32,000 nt of DNA from Loktanella sp. R86503 (lineage in GTDB: Bacteria; Pseudomonadota; Alphaproteobacteria; Rhodobacterales; Rhodobacteraceae). The stretch is taken from assembly GCF_042466455.1 (NCBI RefSeq), contig NZ_JAXHCI010000002.1, forward strand, positions 1,470,834-1,502,833. Direction: 5' to 3'. The translations under genes and the position numbers were made by a program. This document shows, in pieces, positions 16,451 to 28,712 of this stretch; positions within the stretch are counted from its first letter, which is position 1, and each line of letters opens with the position of its first letter. Under the pieces are notes generated by a model that worked only from the letters and a program-made list of their open reading frames with translations, was not told the DNA's origin and ran no database searches.

Positions 16451-17758
16451 TCAGTCCTTGCCGAACACGCGGGCAAAGATCGTGTCGACATGCTTGGTGT
16501 GATAACCGATGTCGAACTTTTCCTCGATCTGTTCCGGCGTCAGGGCGGCGGTCACATCGGCGTCGGCCAGCAGCTCTGTTTTAAAGTCGGCCCCTTTTTC
16601 CCAAACCTTCATCGCGTTGCGCTGCACCAGCTTGTAGCTGTCCTCGCGGCTGACGCCGGCTTGGGTCAGGGCCAGAAGCACGCGCTGCGACATGACCAGA
16701 CCGCGGAACTTGTTCATGTTCGCCAGCATGGTTTCGGGATAGATCACCAGCTTTTCGATCAGGCCGGCCAGACGGTTCAGCGCGAAATCTAGGGTGACGG
16801 TGGTGTCTGGGCCGATGGTCCGCTCGACAGACGAATGCGAGATATCACGCTCGTGCCACAGGGTGACGTTTTCCAGCGCGGGGGTCACGGACATGCGCAC
16901 CAGACGGGCCAGACCGGTCAGGTTTTCAGTCAGCACCGGGTTACGCTTGTGCGGCATCGCGGACGATCCCTTTTGACCGGGGGAAAAGAACTCCTCGGCC
17001 TCAAGCACTTCGGTGCGCTGCATGTGGCGCACTTCGGTGGCGATGTTTTCCATCGAGGATGCGATCACACCCAGCGTGGCAAAGAACATTGCGTGACGAT
17101 CGCGCGGAATGACCTGCGTGCTGATCGGCTCTGGCGTCAGGCCCAGCTGCTTGCAGACTTGCTCTTCGACAGCCGGATCAATGTTGGCAAAGGTGCCGAC
17201 AGCGCCAGAGATTGCGCCGGTCGCGATTTCAGCGCGGGCGTTGACCAGACGGGCGCGGCCCCGGTCCATTTCGGCATAAAAGCGGGCAAAGGTCAGGCCC
17301 ATCGTCGTCGGTTCGGCATGGATACCGTGGCTGCGGCCGATACGGACGGTGTCCTTATGTTCATAGGCACGCTTTTTCAGGGCGGCCAGCACGCGGTCCA
17401 TATCGGCCAGCAGGATGTCGGCGGCGCGCACCAGCTGGACGTTGAACGTGGTGTCCAGCACATCAGAGGATGTCATGCCTTGGTGCACAAAGCGTGCCTC
17501 GTCTGCTCCGATATGTTCGGACAGGTGCGTCAGGAATGCGATGACGTCGTGCTTGGTGACGGCCTCGATTTCGTCGATGCGGGCGACGTCAAAGGTGACG
17601 TCTTTTGCCTTCCAGACGGCATCGGCATTTTCGCGCGGGATCACGCCCAGATCGGCCATGGCATCGCAGGCATGTGCCTCGATCTCGTACCAGATTTTGT
17701 ATTTCGTGGCCGGGTCCCAGATGGCAACCATTTCGGGACGGGAATAACGCGGGATCAT
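16451..17758 (-). CDS. purB: Adenylosuccinate lyase
   Basis: 435 aa; MIPRYSRPEMVAIWDPATKYKIWYEIEAHACDAMADLG, signature GQKGSSAMPHKRNPVLTENLTGLAR. Confidence 0.97.
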   Translation of the reverse strand: MIPRYSRPEMVAIWDPATKYKIWYEIEAHACDAMADLGVIPRENADAVWKAKDVTFDVARIDEIEAVTKHDVIAFLTHLSEHIGADEARFVHQGMTSSDVLDTTFNVQLVRAADILLADMDRVLAALKKRAYEHKDTVRIGRSHGIHAEPTTMGLTFARFYAEMDRGRARLVNARAEIATGAISGAVGTFANIDPAVEEQVCKQLGLTPEPISTQVIPRDRHAMFFATLGVIASSMENIATEVRHMQRTEVLEAEEFFSPGQKGSSAMPHKRNPVLTENLTGLARLVRMSVTPALENVTLWHERDISHSSVERTIGPDTTVTLDFALNRLAGLIEKLVIYPETMLANMNKFRGLVMSQRVLLALTQAGVSREDSYKLVQRNAMKVWEKGADFKTELLADADVTAALTPEQIEEKFDIGYHTKHVDTIFARVFGKD

Positions 17759-17840
17759 GGGCAGAACCTTTCGGGATTGGCAGCGGCGCTGGGGGCGTCA
17801 TACTGGGACAAGGCCAGAATGAAAAGAAGCGGAGGCTGCC

Positions 17841-18278
17841 GTGACGGAAAGCAAATGGCTGAATGGTCGCTCTCGGGACGATTTTTTGGGCGATTGGCTG
17901 CTGACACGCCGGATAGAGGACCGCCGCGCGGGGCAGGCGGGCCTGTTTGAAGGCACAGCGCGTTTCGTGGCGGACGGCGACAGTGGCGCGATCTATGACG
18001 AATCGGGAATGTTGCAGATCGGCAGCGCCGCCCCGCTTAAGGCCGAGCGGCGCTATCTGTACGACTTTTCCGTCGGTCTGATCACGATCCGCTTTGCCGA
18101 CGGGCGCGATTTCGTCCAATTTAACCCCGCATCGACCCACGAGGCTGTGCACGCCTGCGATCCCGACACCTACCGCGCGCGCCACGATTTTAGCCGCTGG
18201 CCGCAATGGCACGCCGTCTGGACCGTCACCGGCCCGCGCAAGGATTACACGATGCGCTCGCTTTGGCAGCGCCGCTAG
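17841..18278 (+). CDS. DUF6314 family protein
   Basis: 145 aa; FLGDWLLTRRIEDR...GLFEGTARF...YDESG...AERRYLY...VQFNP...HACDPDTYRARHDF is typical of this alphaproteobacterial family. Confidence 0.75.
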   Translation: MTESKWLNGRSRDDFLGDWLLTRRIEDRRAGQAGLFEGTARFVADGDSGAIYDESGMLQIGSAAPLKAERRYLYDFSVGLITIRFADGRDFVQFNPASTHEAVHACDPDTYRARHDFSRWPQWHAVWTVTGPRKDYTMRSLWQRR

Positions 18279-18294
18279 GGCGCTGCCGAACGGA

Positions 18295-18897
18295 TTAGCG
18301 CGCAGATCCGATAAAACCACCCGCATAAGCCGCCGTGTCATTTGCGCCGTTGAACGCGCCGATGATACGGGTGTTGTCCGCGCGGCCCTGCAGATCGCCA
18401 GTTACGCCGCGCCACGTTGTGGTGCCTGTAAAGGCGGGGCCAGTGGCATTCATCTGGCCGGAAACCTGCAAGCCATCGCCGCTGCCGGTCACGCGGCCGG
18501 TGCCAAGGGCGATGTTGATCGGCAGGCTGCCCTCTGCCTCTGTGACTGTCGTGCTGCTGTTGGTGTCGCGCACTTCGCTAAGCTGAAAATCAGCCGTGAA
18601 ACGGGCGGTGCCGGTGGTGGGCCGCGTTGTGATGCCGGCAGGATTGATCAGGGCAGAACGTGCCGAAATCGTGTTTCCTTCGGATTCGACCAGATAGGCA
18701 TAGCCCGATTTGGTCTGACCAATGTCGCCAACTGACAAGGCCCCGCCAGAGGCGTCATCTGCAGTGGCAGAGCCGGTGATCACGCCCTGCGCGTTGACCG
18801 CAGCAAAGCCAGCCGCCGTTGTGATGGCATCGGTGCTAGAGCTGCCGCATGCCGCGAGGGACAAAAAAGGAAGCGAGAAAAGCGCGCGAGAGAGCAT
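18295..18897 (-). CDS. Small lipoprotein with TbpB-like (transferrin-binding-protein-like) beta-barrel C-terminus
   Basis: 200 aa; lipobox SLAAC at the N-terminus; IIGAFNGANDTAAYAGGFIGSAR resembles the GAFYG....(A)GGxF motif of TbpB-like barrels. Confidence 0.6.
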   Translation of the reverse strand: MLSRALFSLPFLSLAACGSSSTDAITTAAGFAAVNAQGVITGSATADDASGGALSVGDIGQTKSGYAYLVESEGNTISARSALINPAGITTRPTTGTARFTADFQLSEVRDTNSSTTVTEAEGSLPINIALGTGRVTGSGDGLQVSGQMNATGPAFTGTTTWRGVTGDLQGRADNTRIIGAFNGANDTAAYAGGFIGSAR

Positions 18898-19046
18898 TTG
18901 AAATGACTTTCAGGTTGGTTGCATCCGTTATCTAGCCGAAGTTTTCGCCCATCGGTGCAATATCATCGGCGACGGACTGCGCGGCCCATGCGCTGTGGCT
19001 GCGAATACACATCCGGTCATGTCCAAACGGCCCTTTGAACGCAAAA

Positions 19047-19071
19047 AGGGCACCCCGATGGGGTGCCCTTC
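19047..19071 (-). terminator. Rho-independent terminator downstream of glnA
   Basis: AAGGGCACCCC / GGGGTGCCCTT 11-bp stem, T-run on the - strand. Confidence 0.88.
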
Positions 19072-19092
19072 GTGGCCGTAATCCGTGATGGA

Positions 19093-20511
19093 TTAGCAGC
19101 TGTAGTACATCTTGTACTCGATCGGGTGCGGTGTGTGCTCGTAGGCGTAAACCTCTTCCCACTTCAGACCGATGTAGCCTTCCAGCTGGCCTTTGGTGAA
19201 CACGTCGCCAGCAAGCAGGAACTCGTGGTCCTTCTCCAGCTCTTCCAGGGCTTCACGCAGCGAGCCGCAGACGGTGGGGATTGCGGCCAGTTCTTCTGGC
19301 GGCAGATCGTAAAGGTCTTTGTCGGACGCGGGGCCCGGATCGATCTTGTTCTTGATACCGTCAAGGCCGGCCATCAGCAGTGCAGCAAAGCACAGGTAGG
19401 GGTTGGCTGCGGGATCGGGGAAACGTGCCTCGACGCGCTTTGCCTTGGGGGATTCGGACCATGGAATACGCACGCAGCCCGAACGGTTACGCGCAGAGAA
19501 CGCACGCAGAACCGGGGCTTCGAAGCCGGGGATCAGACGCTTGTAGCTGTTCGTGGTCGGGTTGGTGATCGCGTTCAACGCCTTGGCGTGCTTCAGGATA
19601 CCGCCGATGAAATACAGCGCTTCCTGGCTCAGGTCAGCATATTTGTCGCCTGCGAACAGCGGCTTGCCGTCTTTCCAGATCGACATGTTGACGTGCATAC
19701 CGGTGCCGTTGTCGCCGGACATCGGCTTTGGCATGAAGGTTGCCGACTTGCCGTAGGCCTGGGCCACGTTGTGGATGACGTACTTGTACTTCTGGATCTC
19801 GTCAGCTTGCTTGGTCAGCGTGCCGAAAATCAGGCCAAGTTCGTGCTGGCAGGATGCAACTTCGTGGTGGTGCTTGTCGACCTTCATGCCCATGCGCTTC
19901 ATGGTGGACAGCATTTCGCCGCGCATGTCCTGCGCATCGTCGATCGGGTTGACGGGGAAGTAGCCGCCTTTGACGCCCGGACGGTGACCGGTGTTGCCCA
20001 CGCCGGTTTCCGAACGGAAATCGGTGTCGGTGTTCCATGCGCCGTCGATAGCATCGACCTGGAAGGACACCTTGTTCATCGAAACGCTGTAACGCACATC
20101 GTCAAAGATGAAGAATTCGGCTTCGGGGCCGCAATAGAACGTATCGCCAATACCCGAGGACTTCAGATAGGCTTCGGCCTTTTCTGCAGTGCCGCGCGGG
20201 TCGCGGTCATAGGGTTCCATCGTGTCGGGCTCTGCCACGGTGCAGTGCACGCAGATGGTTTTTTCAGCGTAGAACGGGTCGACATAGGCGCTGTCCACGT
20301 CAAGAACGAGCTTCATGTCGGACTTGTCGATGGATTTCCAGCCGGCGATGGACGAGCCGTCGAACATGAAGCCTTCTTCGACGAAGTCTTCGTCCACCAG
20401 ATCCGCCACGATGGTGACGTGCTGCAGTTTGCCTTTAGGATCGGTGAAGCGGATATCGACGTAGTCGGCCTCTTCATCCTTGATCATTTTTAGAAAATCT
20501 TTGGTGCTCAT
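19093..20511 (-). CDS. glnA: Type I glutamine synthetase
   Basis: 472 aa; [63 protein letters not shown]. Confidence 0.97.
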   Translation of the reverse strand: MSTKDFLKMIKDEEADYVDIRFTDPKGKLQHVTIVADLVDEDFVEEGFMFDGSSIAGWKSIDKSDMKLVLDVDSAYVDPFYAEKTICVHCTVAEPDTMEPYDRDPRGTAEKAEAYLKSSGIGDTFYCGPEAEFFIFDDVRYSVSMNKVSFQVDAIDGAWNTDTDFRSETGVGNTGHRPGVKGGYFPVNPIDDAQDMRGEMLSTMKRMGMKVDKHHHEVASCQHELGLIFGTLTKQADEIQKYKYVIHNVAQAYGKSATFMPKPMSGDNGTGMHVNMSIWKDGKPLFAGDKYADLSQEALYFIGGILKHAKALNAITNPTTNSYKRLIPGFEAPVLRAFSARNRSGCVRIPWSESPKAKRVEARFPDPAANPYLCFAALLMAGLDGIKNKIDPGPASDKDLYDLPPEELAAIPTVCGSLREALEELEKDHEFLLAGDVFTKGQLEGYIGLKWEEVYAYEHTPHPIEYKMYYSC

Positions 20512-20562
20512 CGAGAGAGGTCCTTTTCAGTCTTGATCGTGTGGTGGGTTGCGACGCTGCGC

Positions 20563-22593
<2,031 letters not shown>

Positions 22594-22595
22594 AA

Positions 22596-22624
22596 AAGGC
22601 CAAAGCTGCCAGGGCTTTGACCTT
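22596..22624 (+). terminator. Likely intrinsic terminator after nnrD-type gene
   Basis: AAGGCCAAAGC / GCTTTGACCTT (one mismatch) stem, 2 bp downstream of the stop codon; poor T-run. Confidence 0.5.
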
Positions 22625-22650
22625 TGAAGTTCATGCATCACCTGAAGAGT

Positions 22651-23118
22651 TCAGACAGCGGCGGTGCCCATTTCGATACCGTCAGCATAGACAATGTGCT
22701 GGCGATCGAATGTCAGGGTGTAGACTGTCATCTCGCAGGCGTCCTGCACCGCAAGGAACTCGCCGTCGACAAGGCGCTGCGCCTCGATCATGGCGGCGGG
22801 GCTGCCGAACAGCGCCTCTGCGCGCCAATCGCGGATATGGATCTGGGTGCCGGGGGCGACAAGCATGTCGCGGTCGGGGCGGGTATGGCCAAGGCTGCCG
22901 GCCTTGATGCGGATTGGCGCAACGCGCAGGGTTTCGGCGGTGATCGATCGCAGAACCGCAGTGCCGCTGTCGCGGGTAATGATCCGGGTGCCGGGCGTCA
23001 GGTCGTCGACCCGCATCTCTCCGTTTAAGGTGAGGATGGTGGTATCGGCGCATACACCCGACGTCAGTGTAACGGCTGATTTGGCGAGTGTATCGCGAGT
23101 CATTGTCCCGGTCTGCAT
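22651..23118 (-). CDS. Hint (Hedgehog/intein-type) domain-containing protein, stand-alone
   Basis: 155 aa from MQTGTMTRDTL (or 150 aa from 23103); VCADTTILTLNGEMRVDDLTPGTRIITRDSGTAVLRSI...VAPGTQIHIRDWRAEALFGSPAAMIEAQRLVDG...YTLTFDRQHIVYADGIEM. Confidence 0.75.
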   Translation of the reverse strand: MQTGTMTRDTLAKSAVTLTSGVCADTTILTLNGEMRVDDLTPGTRIITRDSGTAVLRSITAETLRVAPIRIKAGSLGHTRPDRDMLVAPGTQIHIRDWRAEALFGSPAAMIEAQRLVDGEFLAVQDACEMTVYTLTFDRQHIVYADGIEMGTAAV

Positions 23119-23291
23119 GGCGTATTTCCCGCTCTTGCTAATGTCTGCCTCAATGTGTTGACGAGAATTACGGCGCAAAAAGGGCAGACTTCCACCTTTT
23201 TTACGATGACGATTTGCACTCGCATCCCTGTGTGACCTTTGATAGACACCGCGCAAAGCCGGGGGTGAATGGCATTCGCCCCTGTTTTAAT

Positions 23292-23375
23292 GCGGGTGTG
23301 GCGGAATGGTAGACGCACCAGATTTAGGTTCTGGCGCCGCAAGGCGTGGAGGTTCGAGTCCTCTCACCCGCACCA
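23292..23375 (+). tRNA. tRNA-Leu (anticodon TAG), CCA encoded
   Basis: Acceptor GCGGGTG/CACCCGC, anticodon stem-loop CCAGA-TTTAGGT-TCTGG, T-loop GGTTCGAGTCC, 3' ACCA. Confidence 0.96.
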
Positions 23376-23400
23376 AGATTTATAGACAGAAGGAAAACCC

Positions 23401-24735
23401 ATGCAGGTCAAAGAGACCCAGAACGAAGGCCTCAAGCGCGGATACACCATCACGGTGACGGCAGCTGAACTTGACGACAAAGTGGTCGGCAAGCTGAAAG
23501 AAGCGCAGCCCGAAGTCGAGATGAAGGGTTTCCGCAAGGGCAAGGTCCCGATGGCCATGATGCGCAAGCAGTTCGGCCCGCGCCTGATCGGCGAAGCCAT
23601 GCAGGAAGCCATCGACGGTGCGATGAACGACCACCTGACCACATCCGGCGACCGCCCCGCGGCCCAGCCAGAGATGAAGATGGCCAATGAGGACTGGAAA
23701 GAGGGCGACGATGTTGTCGTCAACGTGTCCTATGAAAAGCTGCCTGACGTGCCGGAAACCGACCTGAGCAAGGTTAAGCTGGAGCGTATGGTCGTCAAGG
23801 CAGACGATTCGGCTGTCGAAGAGGCGCTGAACAATCTGGCCGAAAGCCCGCAGGCTGTGGCCTATGAGGCCAAGGACGGCGCGGCAGAAGACAAAGATCA
23901 GGTCGTGATCGACTTCGTCGGCAAGATCGACGGCGAAGCCTTTGAAGGTGGCGCTGGCGACGATTATCCGCTGGTTCTGGGCTCCAACAGCTTTATCCCC
24001 GGGTTCGAAGATCAGCTGGTCGGCACCAAGGCTGGCAAAGAAAAGGCCGTTACGGTCAGCTTCCCCGCCGAATATCAGGCTGCCCATCTGGCCGGTAAAG
24101 AGGCCGTCTTTGACGTGACCGTCAAGGAAGTGCGCGCGGCTAATGCGCCCGCAATCGACGACGAGCTGGCCAAGAAGTTCGGCGCAGAAGATCTGGACGC
24201 CCTAAAGGGCCAGATCCGTGAGCGTCTGGAAGCTGAATACAACGGTGCATCCCGTGCTATCGCCAAGCGCAAGTTGCTGGACGAGCTGGACACGCTGGTG
24301 TCTTTCGATCTGCCGGAGTCGCTGGTCGAAGCTGAGGCAAACCAGATCGCGCACCAGCTGTGGCACGAGGAAAACCCTGATGTTCAGGGCCACGATCACC
24401 CAGAAATCAACCCGACGGACGAGCACAAGACGCTTGCACAGCGCCGGGTGAAGCTGGGTCTGCTGCTGGCCGATATCGGTCAGAAGGCAGAGGTGAAGGT
24501 CACCGATCAGGAAATGACCCAAGCGATCATGAACCAGGCACGTCAGTACCCGGGTCAGGAACGTCAGTTCTTTGAATTCGTGCAGCAAAACGCCCAGTTC
24601 CGCCAGCAGCTGCAGGCCCCGATGTTCGAAGACAAGGTCGTTGACCACATCTTTGAAAAGGCGACTGTCGCTGAAAAGACCGTCACCAAAGAAGAGCTGC
24701 AGACCGCTGTTGAGGCGCTGGAAAGCGAAGACTGA
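23401..24735 (+). CDS. tig: Trigger factor (peptidyl-prolyl isomerase chaperone)
   Basis: 444 aa; [61 protein letters not shown]. Confidence 0.97.
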   Translation: MQVKETQNEGLKRGYTITVTAAELDDKVVGKLKEAQPEVEMKGFRKGKVPMAMMRKQFGPRLIGEAMQEAIDGAMNDHLTTSGDRPAAQPEMKMANEDWKEGDDVVVNVSYEKLPDVPETDLSKVKLERMVVKADDSAVEEALNNLAESPQAVAYEAKDGAAEDKDQVVIDFVGKIDGEAFEGGAGDDYPLVLGSNSFIPGFEDQLVGTKAGKEKAVTVSFPAEYQAAHLAGKEAVFDVTVKEVRAANAPAIDDELAKKFGAEDLDALKGQIRERLEAEYNGASRAIAKRKLLDELDTLVSFDLPESLVEAEANQIAHQLWHEENPDVQGHDHPEINPTDEHKTLAQRRVKLGLLLADIGQKAEVKVTDQEMTQAIMNQARQYPGQERQFFEFVQQNAQFRQQLQAPMFEDKVVDHIFEKATVAEKTVTKEELQTAVEALESED

Positions 24736-24766
24736 ACATAGCCCTTCTTTCACGAAGGCTTGTTGG

Positions 24767-24793
24767 AATGGCACCCCGGATTGGGGTGCCATT
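24767..24793 (+). terminator. Rho-independent terminator after tig
   Basis: AATGGCACCCC / GGGGTGCCATT followed by TTTT. Confidence 0.88.
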
Positions 24794-24884
24794 TTTCGTT
24801 TGCCCTTGTTGCCGCAGGGGCAATGGCCCATAGTTAGGGGAACGGTGGCCTCTTGGCCGCGTCAATTCCATAAGATCAGGCCCG

Positions 24885-25376
24885 ATGATGTCCCTATGGC
24901 GCATTGCAGTCCTTGGCGTCGTGCTTGCTGCAACACAGTTTGCAGGTAGTGCGATTGCCTGTCCGAACCCCGACATGGCGGCCGCGCGGCAGATCAGCAG
25001 CAACGGGGCCGCGCTGCGGCTGGGTCAAAGCCGCCGCGTCTTTGCCGGTGGTAAAGCAGGGTTGGATGGCTGCGCCCATATTGCCCTGCCGCACATACCT
25101 ACCGCGCAGTTCAACGACGCGCCCGGGTTTAGCGCGGACTTAAGCGGGATGATCGGCCTTGCGATGGAAATCCGTGCCGAAAGCGATTGCGCGACGGCGC
25201 TTTTGGTGCGGACCGATGGCGGGCACTGGTATTTTGACGATCATGGCCGGGGGGCTGGCCAGCCGCGCCTTATCTTGCGGCGGCCGGGCAGCGGTGAAAT
25301 CACCGTCTGGTTGGGCACGCCGGATGGCCGGCAATGCCGGGCCAGATTGAATTTGCAGACCTACGCCGGACAGTAG
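24885..25376 (+). CDS. Secreted hypothetical protein
   Basis: 163 aa with N-terminal signal peptide WRIAVLGVVLAATQFAGSAIACPNP; no family recognised. Confidence 0.6.
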   Translation: MMSLWRIAVLGVVLAATQFAGSAIACPNPDMAAARQISSNGAALRLGQSRRVFAGGKAGLDGCAHIALPHIPTAQFNDAPGFSADLSGMIGLAMEIRAESDCATALLVRTDGGHWYFDDHGRGAGQPRLILRRPGSGEITVWLGTPDGRQCRARLNLQTYAGQ

Positions 25377-25409
25377 CGGGCCACCCGCAGGGCGGATGGC
25401 CCGCTTGAT

Positions 25410-27368
25410 TTACAGAACCATACGATAAAGCGCGAAACCTTCGGGCGTGTCGCCCGCGGGTTCGATGGAAACGCTTTCGACTGCGCTGGCATATTGGGCC
25501 GCGTTGGGGCCGGTTTCGAACAGCGCCGTCGTGCCGGGCATCGGTTTGAAGGACCAGTTCGCATCAGCGTTGGGGCTGATGGTGCCCTGATCGACGATGT
25601 AGCGCACGATCACGTCGCGGTTGGTATCGGGACCTTCAAAGACGATTGTGCTACCATCAGCGCCAGGAAAGCTGCCGCCGCCGCTGGCGCGGTAGTTGTT
25701 AGTGGCAACGATAAATTCTGCATCTGGATCAATGGGTTCGCCGTTGAACTTCAAGTCAATGATGCGGTTTGCATCCGCAGCGACGACGGCACCGTCACGA
25801 TCAAATCGGGACGGTTGGCTTAGGTCGATTTGATAGGTGACGCCGTCGATCACGTCGAAGTTGTAGCTGGGGAACTCTGCGTTCAGCAGTGGCGCGTCCT
25901 GCGCGCCTTCTTCGATCTGGTTGAACATGCCGGCGCTGCGTTCCAGCCAATCCTTGACCTGCGCACCGGTGATTTTCACGGCGCGGACGGTGTTGGGATA
26001 AAGGTAAAGGTCAGCGACGTTCTTGATCGCGACATCACCCTTTGGCACGTCGGTGTAATATTCCGGCCCTTGCCGGCCACCAGCCTTGAACGGTGCAGCG
26101 GCGGAAAGGATCGGAAGCCCTTCGTTTTCAGTGCCTTGCATCATCTGCTTAATGTACCAAGTCTGGGCGTTGGACACGATCTGGACAGAAGGGTCATCCG
26201 CAACCAGCGCAAAATAGCTGTAAAGCGGCGCATCGGTCTGGCCGACGGCGCGGCGGACATAGGCCAGCGTTTCGTCGTGTTCCTGCTGCACGGCGTCGAG
26301 CACCTTTTGATCGCTTTCGACCAAAGCGGTAATGCTGCGATCTTCGTTGCGCTGGGAAATCGGGCGCGCTTCGGATGTGTGGCTGACGATTTTCCAATCG
26401 CTGCCGTCGCGTTCCAGCATCAGGTCGATCAGGCCCATATGACTGCCCCAGAAGCCGCCCATGACTGCCGGTTTGCCCATCAGCGTGCCGGCGGCGACGT
26501 CGACACCGTCAAAGCCGTCATAGGACGAGGAGGGGAAGACCAGGTGGCTATGGCCGGTCATAACCGCATCGATTCCATCAACCCCTGCCAGCGGGATCGA
26601 GGCATTTTCCATGCCATCCTCTGCCGTTGCCGCGCCGATGCCTGAGTGGGACAAGGCGATGATGATTTGCGCGCCTTGTTCCTTCATCTGCGGCACGTAA
26701 GCCTGCGCGGTGGCAACGATATCGCGGGTTTGCACTTTACCGTCCAGATGCTGGCGGTCCCAGTTCATGATCTGCGGCGGCACAAAGCCGATCAGGCCGA
26801 TCTTGATAGGGTGCTTTTCGCCAGCGCCGTCTGTCAGTTCGCGGTCAATGATGACGTAGGGCGCAATCAGCGTGTCATCGTCCAGCGGGGTCGCGCCCAT
26901 GGTTTTCACAACGTTTGCGCTGACCACTGGATAATTTGCCCCAGCTAAAGATTTCGTTAGGAAATCGAGGCCATAGTTAAATTCGTGGTTGCCCAAGGTG
27001 GATGCGTCGAAGCCCAGCGTATTCATCGCAGCGATCACGGGGTGCATGTCGCCTTCTTTCATGCCGCGCTCGTAAGCGATGTAATCGCCCATCGGGTTGC
27101 CCTGAAGGAAGTCGCCGTTGTCGAGCAGAAGGGAGTTTGTCGATTCGGCGCGGGTGTTTTCGATGATAGAGGCTGTTCGCGCTAGGCCGACCGTGTCGAC
27201 AGGCTGGTCCGCGTAATAGTCATAGGGAAAGACATGCACGTGCAGGTCGGTGGTTTCCATCAGACGCAGGTGGACCTGATTGGCCTGCGCGCGTGCTGAA
27301 AACGGGTGCAGTGCGATAAAGCCAGCGGTAGAGGCAAGGAAGGACCGGCGGGACAGGGTGAATGACAT
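25410..27368 (-). CDS. Bifunctional 2',3'-cyclic-nucleotide 2'-phosphodiesterase/3'-nucleotidase (CpdB-like), TAT-exported
   Basis: 652 aa from MSFTLSRRSFLASTAGFIALHPFSARA (twin-arginine signal); LMETTDLHVHVFPYDYYADQP, LLDNGDFLQGNPMGDY, NALGFDASTLGNHEFNYGL, MTGHSHLVFP. Confidence 0.9.
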   Translation of the reverse strand: MSFTLSRRSFLASTAGFIALHPFSARAQANQVHLRLMETTDLHVHVFPYDYYADQPVDTVGLARTASIIENTRAESTNSLLLDNGDFLQGNPMGDYIAYERGMKEGDMHPVIAAMNTLGFDASTLGNHEFNYGLDFLTKSLAGANYPVVSANVVKTMGATPLDDDTLIAPYVIIDRELTDGAGEKHPIKIGLIGFVPPQIMNWDRQHLDGKVQTRDIVATAQAYVPQMKEQGAQIIIALSHSGIGAATAEDGMENASIPLAGVDGIDAVMTGHSHLVFPSSSYDGFDGVDVAAGTLMGKPAVMGGFWGSHMGLIDLMLERDGSDWKIVSHTSEARPISQRNEDRSITALVESDQKVLDAVQQEHDETLAYVRRAVGQTDAPLYSYFALVADDPSVQIVSNAQTWYIKQMMQGTENEGLPILSAAAPFKAGGRQGPEYYTDVPKGDVAIKNVADLYLYPNTVRAVKITGAQVKDWLERSAGMFNQIEEGAQDAPLLNAEFPSYNFDVIDGVTYQIDLSQPSRFDRDGAVVAADANRIIDLKFNGEPIDPDAEFIVATNNYRASGGGSFPGADGSTIVFEGPDTNRDVIVRYIVDQGTISPNADANWSFKPMPGTTALFETGPNAAQYASAVESVSIEPAGDTPEGFALYRMVL

Positions 27369-27541
27369 AACGACGCTTTCACATTGGAAGAAACTAGCTT
27401 CAGTTTGAAAGCGATGGATGACGTTGTCACGACAAAGGGTGACAAACCGGCGGTTTACTGCGCCAGTTTGGCGGTTTTCTGATCGATTGGTCAAATATGT
27501 GCCACCCGTCGCCTGCGACCGATGCGGCGGGCGGCTATTCT

Positions 27542-28597
27542 TTAGTGGCGCGGATAGTCATCCCCGCCAAAGCTGCGCGGGATGCGGGCCGTGCGATCGG
27601 CTGCAATGCGGCGGGCGCGGGATTGTCGGCCCAGTTGGCCAAACAGCGCACCAGCGGCCAGCGCCAAAAGCGGGACGCCGATAAAGGCCGCCTTGCGGGC
27701 GCGGTCTGCATCAACGATCACGCCATGATCCGACGCGCGGTCGCTGTAGGATCCGGCGGCGCTGGCGGGGTAATCGACAGGATCATACAGATTGCCAGCT
27801 TCCACACCTGGGGCCGGGCGGTCGGATTTCTGGCCGCTGATCCCGTCTTTGGACATCCGCCTGTCCAGATAGTTCGGCATCAGGAATTGGCCAAAGACCA
27901 GTTTCAGTACGGAACTGCCGACAAAGATCTCTCTGGCGTTTGTGTCGATGGCTTGCATGACAGCGTCGGCAGCGACCTGCGCGGTATAGATCGGCGGGGC
28001 CGGTTGCGGTTGGCGCGACAGGCGGCTGCGGGCCCAGTCGAATTGCGGCGTATTCATCGCTGGCAATTGCACAAGGGACAGGCCGATGGGCGAACCTTCG
28101 GCGATCAATTCAGAGCGGACGGAAGAGGTGAAGCCGTTGATGGCATGTTTGGCGGCGCAATAGGCCGATTGCAGCGGCACGGACCGGTAGGACAGGCCAG
28201 AGCCGATATTGACGATATTACCGCCCCTCATATGGCGCAGGGCGGCGCGGGTGCCGTTGACCTGACCCATCAGCGTCGTGCGGATAATACGGTCGAAGTC
28301 TTCGGCGGGGGTGTTTTTGAACGCGGAAAAGCTGGTTGCCATGGCGCAGTTTACCCAGACATCCGGTCGGCCAAGGCGGTCCACCAGATGATCCGCCGCG
28401 GCGTCAAGTTGGCCCGTATCGCCGGCATCGGCCCCGTATGTAGCAACGCCGATCTGTTCGAGTTCGTCCAGCCGCATGCGCCCGCGGGCGATGACTCCGA
28501 CCGCATAGCCGCGCCCGCGCAGGGCATCGACAACAGCGCGACCGACGCCTGCACTGCCGCCAATGACGATAGCGACCTTATTTTTAGATGATGACAT
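27542..28597 (-). CDS. SDR family oxidoreductase with C-terminal extension
   Basis: 351 aa from MSSSKNKVAIVIGGSAGVGRAVVDAL; NVGSGLSYRSVPLQSAYCAAKHAINGF (YxxxK motif). Confidence 0.88.
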   Translation of the reverse strand: MSSSKNKVAIVIGGSAGVGRAVVDALRGRGYAVGVIARGRMRLDELEQIGVATYGADAGDTGQLDAAADHLVDRLGRPDVWVNCAMATSFSAFKNTPAEDFDRIIRTTLMGQVNGTRAALRHMRGGNIVNIGSGLSYRSVPLQSAYCAAKHAINGFTSSVRSELIAEGSPIGLSLVQLPAMNTPQFDWARSRLSRQPQPAPPIYTAQVAADAVMQAIDTNAREIFVGSSVLKLVFGQFLMPNYLDRRMSKDGISGQKSDRPAPGVEAGNLYDPVDYPASAAGSYSDRASDHGVIVDADRARKAAFIGVPLLALAAGALFGQLGRQSRARRIAADRTARIPRSFGGDDYPRH

Positions 28598-28666
28598 GAT
28601 CAGTCTCCTTTGACAGACAATGCCGCACCGGCCGCTTTGGTTCATTCGGAGCGTTTAAAATACAAA

Positions 28667-28690
28667 AGGCCGCCCCCGCAGGGACGGCCT
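28667..28690 (-). terminator. Probable terminator of the rpsF-rpsR-rplI operon
   Basis: AGGCCG ... CGGCCT short GC stem with a TTTTGTATTTT tail on the - strand. Confidence 0.6.
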
Positions 28691-28712
28691 GATGTGTTCG
28701 CAAGCGTTGTGC

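Noticed and set aside
16835-17950. 371-aa + strand ORF antisense to purB
   Set aside because: Opposite the conserved purB coding sequence; no motif support.
19063-20493. 476-aa ORF on the + strand antisense to glnA
   Set aside because: Mirror ORF of a highly conserved GC-rich gene; composition ([12 protein letters not shown] style) shows no family signature. glnA on the - strand is unambiguous.
27497-28591. 364-aa + strand ORF antisense to the SDR gene
   Set aside because: The - strand frame carries the clear Rossmann and YxxxK SDR motifs; the + strand frame does not resemble a protein family.
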